From the NCBI RefSeq assembly GCF_040216675.1, contig NZ_JAVJOR010000005.1: a stretch of 64,000 nt of DNA. One strand, written 5' to 3'. The notes under the pieces were generated by a model. The model worked only from the letters and a program-made list of their open reading frames with translations, was not told the DNA's origin and did no database searches. Made by a program: the position numbers and the translations under genes. Shown one piece after another: positions 10,401 through 17,641 of this stretch (within the stretch, counting starts at the first letter, position 1; every line of letters starts with the position of its first letter). Source of the DNA: Hoeflea sp. Lineage in GTDB: Bacteria > Pseudomonadota > Alphaproteobacteria > Rhizobiales > Rhizobiaceae.

Positions 10401-10534
10401 GTAGTGATCTCTATCTCGTCAAACCTATGCAACGACGCTTTTGGTTGCGTTCATCAGCGCTTGCGGATGCCTACAGCGTTGCTCTTGACCTTCAAGACTA
10501 TGCAGGTCCGACTAAAAAACAGGGCGTTGGCTAA
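7421..10534 (+). CDS. N6-adenine DNA methyltransferase, gamma class (Eco57I/Type IIG-like architecture with long C-terminal TRD)
   Basis: GAYYTP, motif I LDPACGSGVFL, motif IV VIGNPPW, IPIELISAVYDRFL, 1037 aa. Confidence 0.9.
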   Translation: MTVAQSRPLDNTWKARLDLVGRSAPELYESVDAVRNSPHAGAIRATLEGLGASAVFCVQGVPTIVILSLDEYERDTVVSLHAALWNQGLASLLLVMADDFVRAFSLSRTPYSNPGEEFERRCLIDTLNATVDALALKNIIYGAESGRFWEEHAEYFNPKERVDQVLLENLTSSHDLLCEGNLSSDAAQALLIQTMFIAYLEDRQIIRGDYFKAASENQSGHFSTLLQSGSVAALNNLFASLRDDFNGDLFVAPCSFEPNARPPRIDRSHLSVLARFRTGQEEMNAGQLRFWGYNFKHIPIELISAVYDRFLGEREAERRKHGAYYTPMFLADTVVSQVWDALPPTIKGKGDFLDPACGSGVFLVRSFQRLCEHWREKHDARTIRWDSLKNILLRLHGWDLNGGAVRVAVFSLYIALLEQVSPPDIRLLIKRGKVLPELWGHTLKCQDFFTVDPEGAPVDVVIGNPPWTSRRGPNRSSTRWCAEHRLPMPGKEDAWAFTWKSIRHLRPDGVIAFLLPAMGFLHNHADTSVDARNKLISTTRIKRIVNFADLRFQLFDGAIRPAALVIFGKADVEHSAYRFEYWAPKADLNLKVKRLITLSNADKSFITSRSALDDPLVFKRRLWISEPDAKLFNYLSNLPKLGSLIEEYGTAKRAGQLPADTWLIGQGFKPANVERLTDPNYDYEHSDLVAQTPYVAIGDFKVLALASGGLKPWRNGDVHRKGFQEGFQGPRILVPRGVSMAQMRLRASYVEDAITFQDILQAIVLPRGQEHRGKLLAALLNSKVAIWYAFHGTASFGSDRPEVKQAELMRLPFPQPEDLPEPDRARKGAKELVSIIDEALASAQDGFTLQSDDSGILSKVDEHAYDYFCLSPDEITLVEDAVEYILPSVQPHRGSFPEIWKTTTERERGLYAQALVRALDDWFDRDQVVNVRLEAHNSDLAILRLKLSPKNKEAPYTERGDPAVRDLLAELFSNMHQPLPGNFQLMPDFRIFQGSDLYLVKPMQRRFWLRSSALADAYSVALDLQDYAGPTKKQGVG

Positions 10535-11232
10535 TGATGGTGGGCGACCCCAGTTATTGGGCAAATCACTTCAAATCTATTGATGACCGGCTGCTCGCCC
10601 GAATAATTGCGCTTTGGCCACACTGTCTCTCAGTGCTCCCCGAAAGCCCTGAGGAAGATGAAATCACGCTTAATCTCAGAAGCTTGTTGACCAAGGATGC
10701 GGAAGCGCGCCTCATTTTCTACTATCTAGAATACCAATTCGAACCGGAGGGATTTACGCCCGATGGGCTGGCGTTCAGCAAGGGACAAATTGATCTGGCC
10801 GTGTTGCTGGATCAAGGCTGTACGCGGTATTTGGCCTATGAGTGTAAACGCTTGAACGTTTCCTACAGCGGAGCTAGGCAATCGTTGGCGACACCGTACG
10901 TGAATGAGGGGGTTAAGCGCTTTGTGACTGAACAATATGCCGAAGGTTTGCCGGTTGGCTGTATGCTTGGCTATGTACTCGACGGCGATTTGAGCTTTGC
11001 GCAAGGACGGGTGCATGCGGCCATCACCGCGAACAAGGATGCGGTTGCTCTGACGAACGGGCCGGACAGCGCATCACCAATTGCCTGTGTAGAGCGGTTC
11101 ACGACCGATCATACTCGACCCACAAGTGGAAAAATGATCCACGTGCGTCACTCTCTCTTGCCTTTCCCTAGAAAGGCCACATCAAAGACGCCGCTTACAG
11201 ATCCGGGGGATGATGACAGTCCCTCACACTGA
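10534..11232 (+). CDS. Putative PD-(D/E)xK endonuclease
   Basis: GQIDLAV ... YLAYECKRL fits a D...ExK active site; TAATG overlap with the MTase stop. Confidence 0.6.
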   Translation: MMVGDPSYWANHFKSIDDRLLARIIALWPHCLSVLPESPEEDEITLNLRSLLTKDAEARLIFYYLEYQFEPEGFTPDGLAFSKGQIDLAVLLDQGCTRYLAYECKRLNVSYSGARQSLATPYVNEGVKRFVTEQYAEGLPVGCMLGYVLDGDLSFAQGRVHAAITANKDAVALTNGPDSASPIACVERFTTDHTRPTSGKMIHVRHSLLPFPRKATSKTPLTDPGDDDSPSH

Positions 11233-12862
11233 ACTGCTAGATGACTACAGTCCGCTAAGCTCACAAGGCCTTTTCAAGGCGACCCTGAAGGGGCGGGGAC
11301 TATACAACACTTTTCAGTTCGTTTTGCGGCTTTCCCCGGTTGTGCATCGTAAGCTGGCATCAATGCCGGATGGCATCGTAACTTCCGATGCTATTGATCT
11401 TGAAGGTGTTGAAGCCTTTTCGACCTATCTGCATGAAACAATCCATTGGTGGCAGCATGTAGGCTCCACTTATGGCCTGATGATGAGCATGACTTATCCG
11501 GCGCAAGCACACGCCAACTATGACCATTTGAAAAACCTACTATCCCAAGTCGGCTTCAAAAAATCCGTTCGAAATATTGCGGAAAGCATGCCGGGTGGAG
11601 GCTTTGGTACGCCTAGTGGGCTTGCCAGCATCATCATCAACAATCACTTCGACATGGATTCATATCGAGGTCTGACTGTCAGCCCTCTGTCTGCGGAAAA
11701 GATTGTCCAGAGTCCCCTCTTCGAAAACCTTGGACACTCGTATCATATCGCTCACGGCAACATCATTTCGTTGCTGTCATCGGTTTCAGACACCGAATTT
11801 AAAACCATCCCACACCCCAAGGCTTGGGGCGAGGCGTTTCGCGAGCTGCGAGAGACTAAAGAAGAGGGCTATTACTACGGATCACCCATAACACTCTATC
11901 CAATCGGTGCTTATGAAATTTTTGAAGGCCAAGCGCGAATGGCGCAACTTCAGTACCTTCATTTTGCAACCGGTGAATTGTTGGGAATGGAAGCAGCAGA
12001 GGAAGGAAGGATGTTCGACGGTGTATACGGAAAGGCTTTCTCTGCGTTTCTTGACCTCACCGAATTGGAAAGACCGTCTTCCCTCGACCATCCAACAATC
12101 GCTCTGTTTCTTCTCGTTTGCGACATTGCCATCAACCCCGGCTCAGGTTTTCCCTTCCCGTTGGTGCACTTTAAAACCTTCATTCACGACGCTGACCCCG
12201 GCGCACGATTCGTTAGTCTGTCAAGATTGGCGCGCCTAAAGTGCCCCGAAGTTCTCGACAAAATCCATGACTACTCGCGTCAAGAATATGAGGAAGTCAG
12301 CCAAAAGCTATGTGACGCGCTCATCGAAGAGCCGCCATTAAGGGTCGCACAAGAGTTTGTTCGGTGGAGCGAGACACCTGAGTTCCAGCCTCTAATGTCT
12401 GAACATCAAGCATTTCGATATTCAAAGGCAAACGTCGTTGTGCGTGTTCTTTTCTCACACTTTCTCAGCTTCATGCTTGATAAAATGAAAAACCCGGAGG
12501 TCTTTTGCTGGCCGGGCGCTTGGATGGCGGGCAAGAGAGTTTCAAATATAGCCGCAGAACTGTTTGATCGTCACGGGGCATTGTTTGTTGACAAGGAAGA
12601 CGACGACGGAATTTATCCTAGGCTAGTTTCAGGCCGAACAGAGAGAGATGTGCAGGAGGTATTTGACGACTTTTACGCGAACAACGTACTTTTCGACCTT
12701 ACGCACCAGTGGATTACAGAGCCCGGACCGTTTCGGTTTGATTATCGATGGCTCACTCAACAGGGAACCAATCAAGAGATACAGGATTTTGCCGAACAAT
12801 GCTTTCAATCCGTTTATGGCGTTCGACCAAGTGCAGTCGATTTAATTAAGTCAAATCTATAG
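11210..12862 (+). CDS. Hypothetical protein with HExxH zinc-metallopeptidase-like motif
   Basis: YLHETIHWWQH plus distal IFEGQA; 550 aa; start overlaps the previous gene. Confidence 0.6.
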   Translation: MMTVPHTELLDDYSPLSSQGLFKATLKGRGLYNTFQFVLRLSPVVHRKLASMPDGIVTSDAIDLEGVEAFSTYLHETIHWWQHVGSTYGLMMSMTYPAQAHANYDHLKNLLSQVGFKKSVRNIAESMPGGGFGTPSGLASIIINNHFDMDSYRGLTVSPLSAEKIVQSPLFENLGHSYHIAHGNIISLLSSVSDTEFKTIPHPKAWGEAFRELRETKEEGYYYGSPITLYPIGAYEIFEGQARMAQLQYLHFATGELLGMEAAEEGRMFDGVYGKAFSAFLDLTELERPSSLDHPTIALFLLVCDIAINPGSGFPFPLVHFKTFIHDADPGARFVSLSRLARLKCPEVLDKIHDYSRQEYEEVSQKLCDALIEEPPLRVAQEFVRWSETPEFQPLMSEHQAFRYSKANVVVRVLFSHFLSFMLDKMKNPEVFCWPGAWMAGKRVSNIAAELFDRHGALFVDKEDDDGIYPRLVSGRTERDVQEVFDDFYANNVLFDLTHQWITEPGPFRFDYRWLTQQGTNQEIQDFAEQCFQSVYGVRPSAVDLIKSNL

Positions 12863-13025
12863 ATCTCACATGGGCCCAATCGGGGGAACGGGAGGTCATG
12901 AACCGAGCCTCTGGTCCCGCCATTGGGCTTCCAACGCATGTGCCTGCATAGAGATGTTGAGCTTCTCTCTCTTTTTGCGTGACATATCACGCTTATAGAA
13001 CCTGATTTTCAAGCTTACATCAAAT

Positions 13026-13114
13026 CCGGGGACGCGTTGGCTGTCGGTCAATCATCTTGCCGCCGCTGTCCTTCGGCCTGCGGTCTCCCGAGAAGATGAT
13101 TGACCGATCCCCGG
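13026..13114. promoter_or_regulatory. Long hairpin upstream of ardA (candidate ssDNA promoter / leading-region structure)
   Basis: Perfect 15-bp inverted repeat tcggtcaatcatctt (13044-13058) / aagatgattgaccga (13093-13107), plus outer ccgggga (13026-13032) / tccccgg (13108-13114). Confidence 0.5.
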
Positions 13115-13295
13115 CCTTTGATCGAGCCGTCCTGTTTGTGTCGCCACTGCTTCGCAGTTGGCGGCTTTTTTTGTTTTCGCTGCGCTCATAGGAATCGGAC
13201 GCTCGCCGCTTGGCAGAGGTTCATGCGCGGGGGAGTTTTTCCTTTCTGATTGGCTTCGCCGCGTTTGGATCAACACCAAACCGAGCGAGGACACA

Positions 13296-13805
13296 ATGAA
13301 CATCACACTGAACGCACAGCCCTATGACATGACTGCGGGTGGCTTCTATTTCCGGTCAATCGAGGAATTCCTTCGGGGCTTTCAACGCAACCACAATGAC
13401 CAAGGCGATCCGATCGAAGAGTACGAAATCCAGTTTATCGATGGAGAGGGCATTGATTGCGAACTGGCAAGGGCTTGGGGGCTGCATCAAGGGAATTTCG
13501 CAGCCTTTCTAGAGAAGGTCGAGGAGTGGAGCGACGACCAGAAGACTCGTTACATCATCGCCGTTGGTGAATGCGGCTTCGATCACGCAGACGTCTGTGA
13601 TGACCCTTATGGAGTCGACATCGACATGTACGAGATGGAGAGCATGCGCGAACTGGCTGAGCAATTTGTCGATGAAGGGCTGTTTGGTGACATCCCTGAC
13701 TATCTCGCAAACTACATCGATTACGAGTCCATCGCCCGAGATTTGGCATTCGACTACACGGAGACCATAATCAACGGCCAGAGCGTGATTTACCGCTGTG
13801 CTTGA
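13296..13805 (+). CDS. ardA: ArdA-family antirestriction protein
   Basis: Highly acidic 169-aa protein; LNAQPYDMTAGGFYF start, EEYEIQFIDG, LANYIDYESIARDL end; GAGGA RBS before ATG 13296. Confidence 0.8.
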   Translation: MNITLNAQPYDMTAGGFYFRSIEEFLRGFQRNHNDQGDPIEEYEIQFIDGEGIDCELARAWGLHQGNFAAFLEKVEEWSDDQKTRYIIAVGECGFDHADVCDDPYGVDIDMYEMESMRELAEQFVDEGLFGDIPDYLANYIDYESIARDLAFDYTETIINGQSVIYRCA

Positions 13806-14067
13806 AGAGGGGTGCAGCGTTATCTCATTGAATTGTCTTGACTATTCTCAAAATAGCGAACAATATAGGAACAAATACCTAGAAGTGCGCCCGCATTTTG
13901 GTGTCTTGGTAGATCCGCGTTTCGCCGCGAATAATCCCAAAGCCAGAATGACGGGCGTTTTTTATGCCATTGCCTTTGAACTCAAGATCAAGGCGTGGTT
14001 TCCCGCTCATCTTGATTGCACGCCTGTGCAGCTTTCCAGCGCGAGACCGCGCCGGAAAGAATTTGCT

Positions 14068-14346
14068 ATGACACATGACCCTGATGCGCAGCCTGCCATT
14101 TTGGATTGCGAGGAGTATCGCCGCTACATCGCGCCGCTCGGTTTGAGCCGCAAGCAGGAGGACGACCTCTTGCACGACCTGTGGGCAATCACGGAAACGC
14201 TGGTCGATCAATGTTTCACATCCCCGACTTATCCGCAGCAATTCGCCATCGCTGCGCATGCCTTTCGTGCGCTTGATGACGCCGTTGCGCTAAAATCGCA
14301 AGAGCAACACGAGAACGAAGCCACAAGACATAAGGAGGAGCTATGA
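14068..14346 (+). CDS. Small hypothetical protein translationally coupled to the serine recombinase (candidate directionality factor)
   Basis: 92 aa from ATG 14068; stop overlaps the recombinase ATG (14343-14346 ATGA). Confidence 0.55.
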   Translation: MTHDPDAQPAILDCEEYRRYIAPLGLSRKQEDDLLHDLWAITETLVDQCFTSPTYPQQFAIAAHAFRALDDAVALKSQEQHENEATRHKEEL

Positions 14347-15869
14347 GCATTGCCGTCATTTACACGCGCGTATCGAGCAAGGCGCAATTGAAGAAGGGCG
14401 ATGGTCTGGCCTCTCAGGAGCAGCGTTGCCGCGAATTTGCTGCCTATTAAGGCCACGAAGTGGTTGAGGTGTTTCGCGATGAAGGCGTATCCGGCGGTAT
14501 TGTGGATCGCCCTGCGATCAAGGCCATGCTCGCATGGCTGCGCAAGAACCGAAACCAAGAGCCTGTCGTTCTGATCGATGACATTTCTCGCATTGCCAGA
14601 GGCATCGAGGCGCATTGGAAATTGCGCACCGCTATCGGTTCCGTTGGAGCAAAGCTTGAAAGCCCATCCATCGAGTTTGGCGATGACAGTGACAGCCAGC
14701 TTGTTGAGAACATGCTTGCATCAGTCTCGCAGCACCAACGCCAGAAGAATGCAGAGCAAGTCGAAAACCGTATGAAGGCACGTCTGTTGAACGGATATTA
14801 TCCGTTCTGGGTGCCGACAGGCTATCGCTATGAGCGTGTCAAAGGCCATAGCGGCAAATTCATCGTCCGCAACGAACCCGAAGCATCTCTTTTACAGGAA
14901 GCGCTGGAAGGCTTTGCCTCTGGACGCTTTCAGACGCAGGCCGATGTAAAGCGCTTTCTTGAGCCGCATCCGATTTTCTCACGCGATAAGAAGGGTGAGA
15001 TTCATCCGCAGCGCATTGCCAACCTACTCACCAACAAAATCTATGCGGGTTATTTAGAATACAAGCCTTGGAATGTGCCGCTGACCAAAGGCAAGCACGA
15101 GGCTTTGATTCCGTGGGAGACGTTTCAGCGTATTCAGGCGCGTTTAAATGAAGGCGCTGTCATTCGCTCAAGGCCGGACATAGAGAGCGATTTCCCGCTC
15201 AAAGGCTTTGTGACTTGCGGATGTTGCGATAGGCCTCTGACAGCCTACTACGCCAAAGGCCGCAACAAGCACTATCCGTATTATGAGTGCTTCAACAAGG
15301 AGTGCGACGAACGCCGCAAATCCATCCGTAAGGACGTGATTGAAGGGGAGTTTGAAACCCTGATTCAATCCATGCGCCCCCATGCAAGCCTCATGTCTAC
15401 GGTCTCAGCGATGTTCCGTACGATCTGGAATGCGCGCATGTCCGGCTTCGAAGCCAAGCGTATCGAGCAGAAGCGCGCCTTGAAGGGCATTGCGGCGAAA
15501 ATCAGCAATGTCACAGACCGTCTGATCGAAACGACAAGCACGAGCGCAATCAAAGCCTATGAGGCTAAGCTTGAGCAACTTGAAGCAGAGCGCGTCATGA
15601 TTTCTGAAAATCTGGCGCAAAAGCCTGATTTGAAGCAAGACTTCGATGCAGGTTTTCGAACCGCGATGAATTTTCTCGCAAACCCTTGGAAACTATGGAT
15701 TTCTGACAACCCTGAGCACCGCAAGACCCTGATCAAACTGGTATTTGCAGCCCCGTTGCCGTACCGCCGGAATCAGGGGTTTCGAACCGCCAAAACCACC
15801 AGTCCGTTCAAGGTGTTAGCGGATATTTCAGGGGGTGAAAAAGAAATGGCGGAGAGGAAGTCCGCTTAA
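14343..15869 (+). pseudogene. Large serine recombinase (integrase) interrupted by an in-frame TAA at 14448-14450
   Basis: MSIAVIYTRVSS catalytic motif from 14343, same frame as ORF 14460-15869 (DDISRIAR, recombinase domain, Zn ribbon CGCC..YYECFNKEC, coiled coil); codon 36 is TAA. Confidence 0.85.
15844..15860 (+). repeat. att core duplicate (distal end of island 2), aaatggcggagaggaag
   Basis: Identical to 48182-48198, which overlaps the tRNA-Ser 3' end. Confidence 0.92.
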
Positions 15870-15989
15870 ATAAGGTCTCAATCGATTTCAATCTGTCGCT
15901 ATCCATTTCATTTATGAAAATAAAAACAAACAAATAACTCTTTCTCTCATCGCACGCCGTCGCATTCAGTCTTATTTTATATCTTTCCA

Positions 15990-16013
15990 GATGTGGGGCT
16001 GGATGTGGGGCTG
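15990..16013 (+). repeat. Tandem 12-bp repeat (gatgtggggctg)x2, probable integrase arm-type sites
   Basis: 22 bp (15991-16012) identical to 48110-48131, same orientation; lies between the att core and the int start. Confidence 0.75.
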
Positions 16014-16073
16014 GATTATAAGGGCAGGCATGCTAACATCATTGTGCCCTAGCCCAGAAATCGAGCTTCAGCC

Positions 16074-17273
16074 ATGCTCACCGATGCCGCCGCACGGAAA
16101 CTTGAACCCGGATCCAAACCTCGGAGCGACGGAATGGTGCAGGGGCTGCAGCTCATCCCGTCGAAGACCAAGGGGCGTGGAAAATGGAACCTGCGGTTCG
16201 TATCGCCGGTCACCGGCAAACGTCGTGACATGGGATTGGGGACATATCCGGATATCGGCATCGCGGCGGCGCGACGAGCAGCTCTTGAAGCTCGCGATCT
16301 GATTGCATCAGGAGGCGATCCGCTTGAAGCGAAACGAGCCGCCGAACTAGAAAGGCGACTTGAGACGACCAGGCCGAGCTTCGAGCAGGCCGGGCGAAAG
16401 GTGTTTGAAGAGATTAGTCCCGGTTTCAAGAACACCAAGCATATCCGGCAATGGATCGGCACGCTGGAAACCTATGTGTTTCCCAAGATTGGGCGTCTAC
16501 CTGTCAACGAGCTACGGGCATCGGACTTCGCCGATGTCCTGAGACCAATCTGGCTCAGTAAGCCCGAGACAGCATCAAGAGTGCGCCAGCGGTGCGATAC
16601 CGTGATGAACTGGTGCGCTGCACAGGATTACGTGATCGCAAGTCCTGTGCAGAATGTTGATCGGCTTCTGCCGAAGCAGAAGGGCAAGCGCGAACGGGTC
16701 CAGCATCATCCAGCCGTTCCATGGAGAGATATCCCGTCTTTCACCGAACGTGTCCTGCGCACCGGCAGGCCGACCATGAGCAAGCTGGCTCTGGAGTTTC
16801 TCATTCTCACGGCCGCCCGATCCGGCGAAGTTCGGCACATGGAACAGTCTGAGATCGACTGGGAGGCCAAAATCTGGACCGTCCCCAAGGAGCGAATGAA
16901 AGCAGGTGTCATCCATCGCGTACCGCTTTCGCCGCGTGCGATGGAGATCCTCAGGCTCAGACAGCAGGAAGAGGCTTTCTCGTCTTTCGTCTTTCCATCG
17001 CGGAACGGAAAGCCACTCACTGACATGGCACTCACCAAGGCGCTACGTGACGCCAAAGTCAAAAGTGACACACCTGGTCGCATCGCGACTGCTCACGGTT
17101 TCCGTTCATCCTTCCGTGACTGGGCCTCGGAGAATGGCTATACCCGGGATGTCGCGGAGCGAGCCCTAGCGCACACCATCGCAAGCGCAACCGAGGCCGC
17201 TTACCACCGGACGGACCTTCTCGATCAACGGCGGAAGATGATGGACAATTGGGCGGATCACTCGGCCATATGA
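16074..17273 (+). CDS. P4-like tyrosine integrase with N-terminal arm-binding domain
   Basis: N-terminal GKRRDMGLGTYP; catalytic ARSGEV, HGFR, LAH, AYHR. Confidence 0.95.
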   Translation: MLTDAAARKLEPGSKPRSDGMVQGLQLIPSKTKGRGKWNLRFVSPVTGKRRDMGLGTYPDIGIAAARRAALEARDLIASGGDPLEAKRAAELERRLETTRPSFEQAGRKVFEEISPGFKNTKHIRQWIGTLETYVFPKIGRLPVNELRASDFADVLRPIWLSKPETASRVRQRCDTVMNWCAAQDYVIASPVQNVDRLLPKQKGKRERVQHHPAVPWRDIPSFTERVLRTGRPTMSKLALEFLILTAARSGEVRHMEQSEIDWEAKIWTVPKERMKAGVIHRVPLSPRAMEILRLRQQEEAFSSFVFPSRNGKPLTDMALTKALRDAKVKSDTPGRIATAHGFRSSFRDWASENGYTRDVAERALAHTIASATEAAYHRTDLLDQRRKMMDNWADHSAI

Positions 17274-17641
17274 CATTACCGTTGTGCAGTACGTATACAC
17301 CCGGCCGCCCATCTTCGCATTAGCCGCCCACTAACCCAAAGTTCCAAAGTCAGAAACGAACTCCGAGTTGGATGAAAATCTGGGAACAAGGTCATTCGTC
17401 AGACGATGGTGATAGTCGGGACAAGGTTAAAGAAAATGGCCTGCGGCTGCCGCCAGTTTTGGAGTGTCGGCGTGTCAACAACAGGCGTTCATTTCTGTTA
17501 GCTGCCCGCATGCGTGTAAGCGACTAATGGTTGCCTAGCGCGATCATTGCAACAAAAGCCGACTTCACTTGTTTACAATATATGATTGCAAAGACTATGC
17601 TAATGCAACAGCGGACTGCTGGCAAAGCTAAGGGGGTTGCC

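Larger units (their letters stand above)
1..15860. mobile_element. Island 1: large-serine-recombinase integrative element (right part only; left end lies outside the window)
   Basis: Serine recombinase gene runs into the tRNA-Ser 3'-end sequence at 15844-15860; cargo includes a resolvase, ArdA, MTase operon and STAND-TPR; many AT-rich segments compared with the core genes. Confidence 0.75.

Noticed and set aside
7421-10534. MTase as BREX PglX, DISARM DrmMI or Type I HsdM
   Set aside because: No BrxC/PglZ, DrmA/B or HsdS/HsdR genes nearby
13798-14067. N-terminal extension of ORF 13798-14346
   Set aside because: Starts at a non-ATG codon overlapping the ardA stop and spans a probable promoter region; ATG 14068 preferred
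15990-16016. Tandem gatgtggggctg as a CRISPR or VNTR
   Set aside because: Only two adjacent copies with no spacers; the matching copy at the other island end is better explained as arm-type sites
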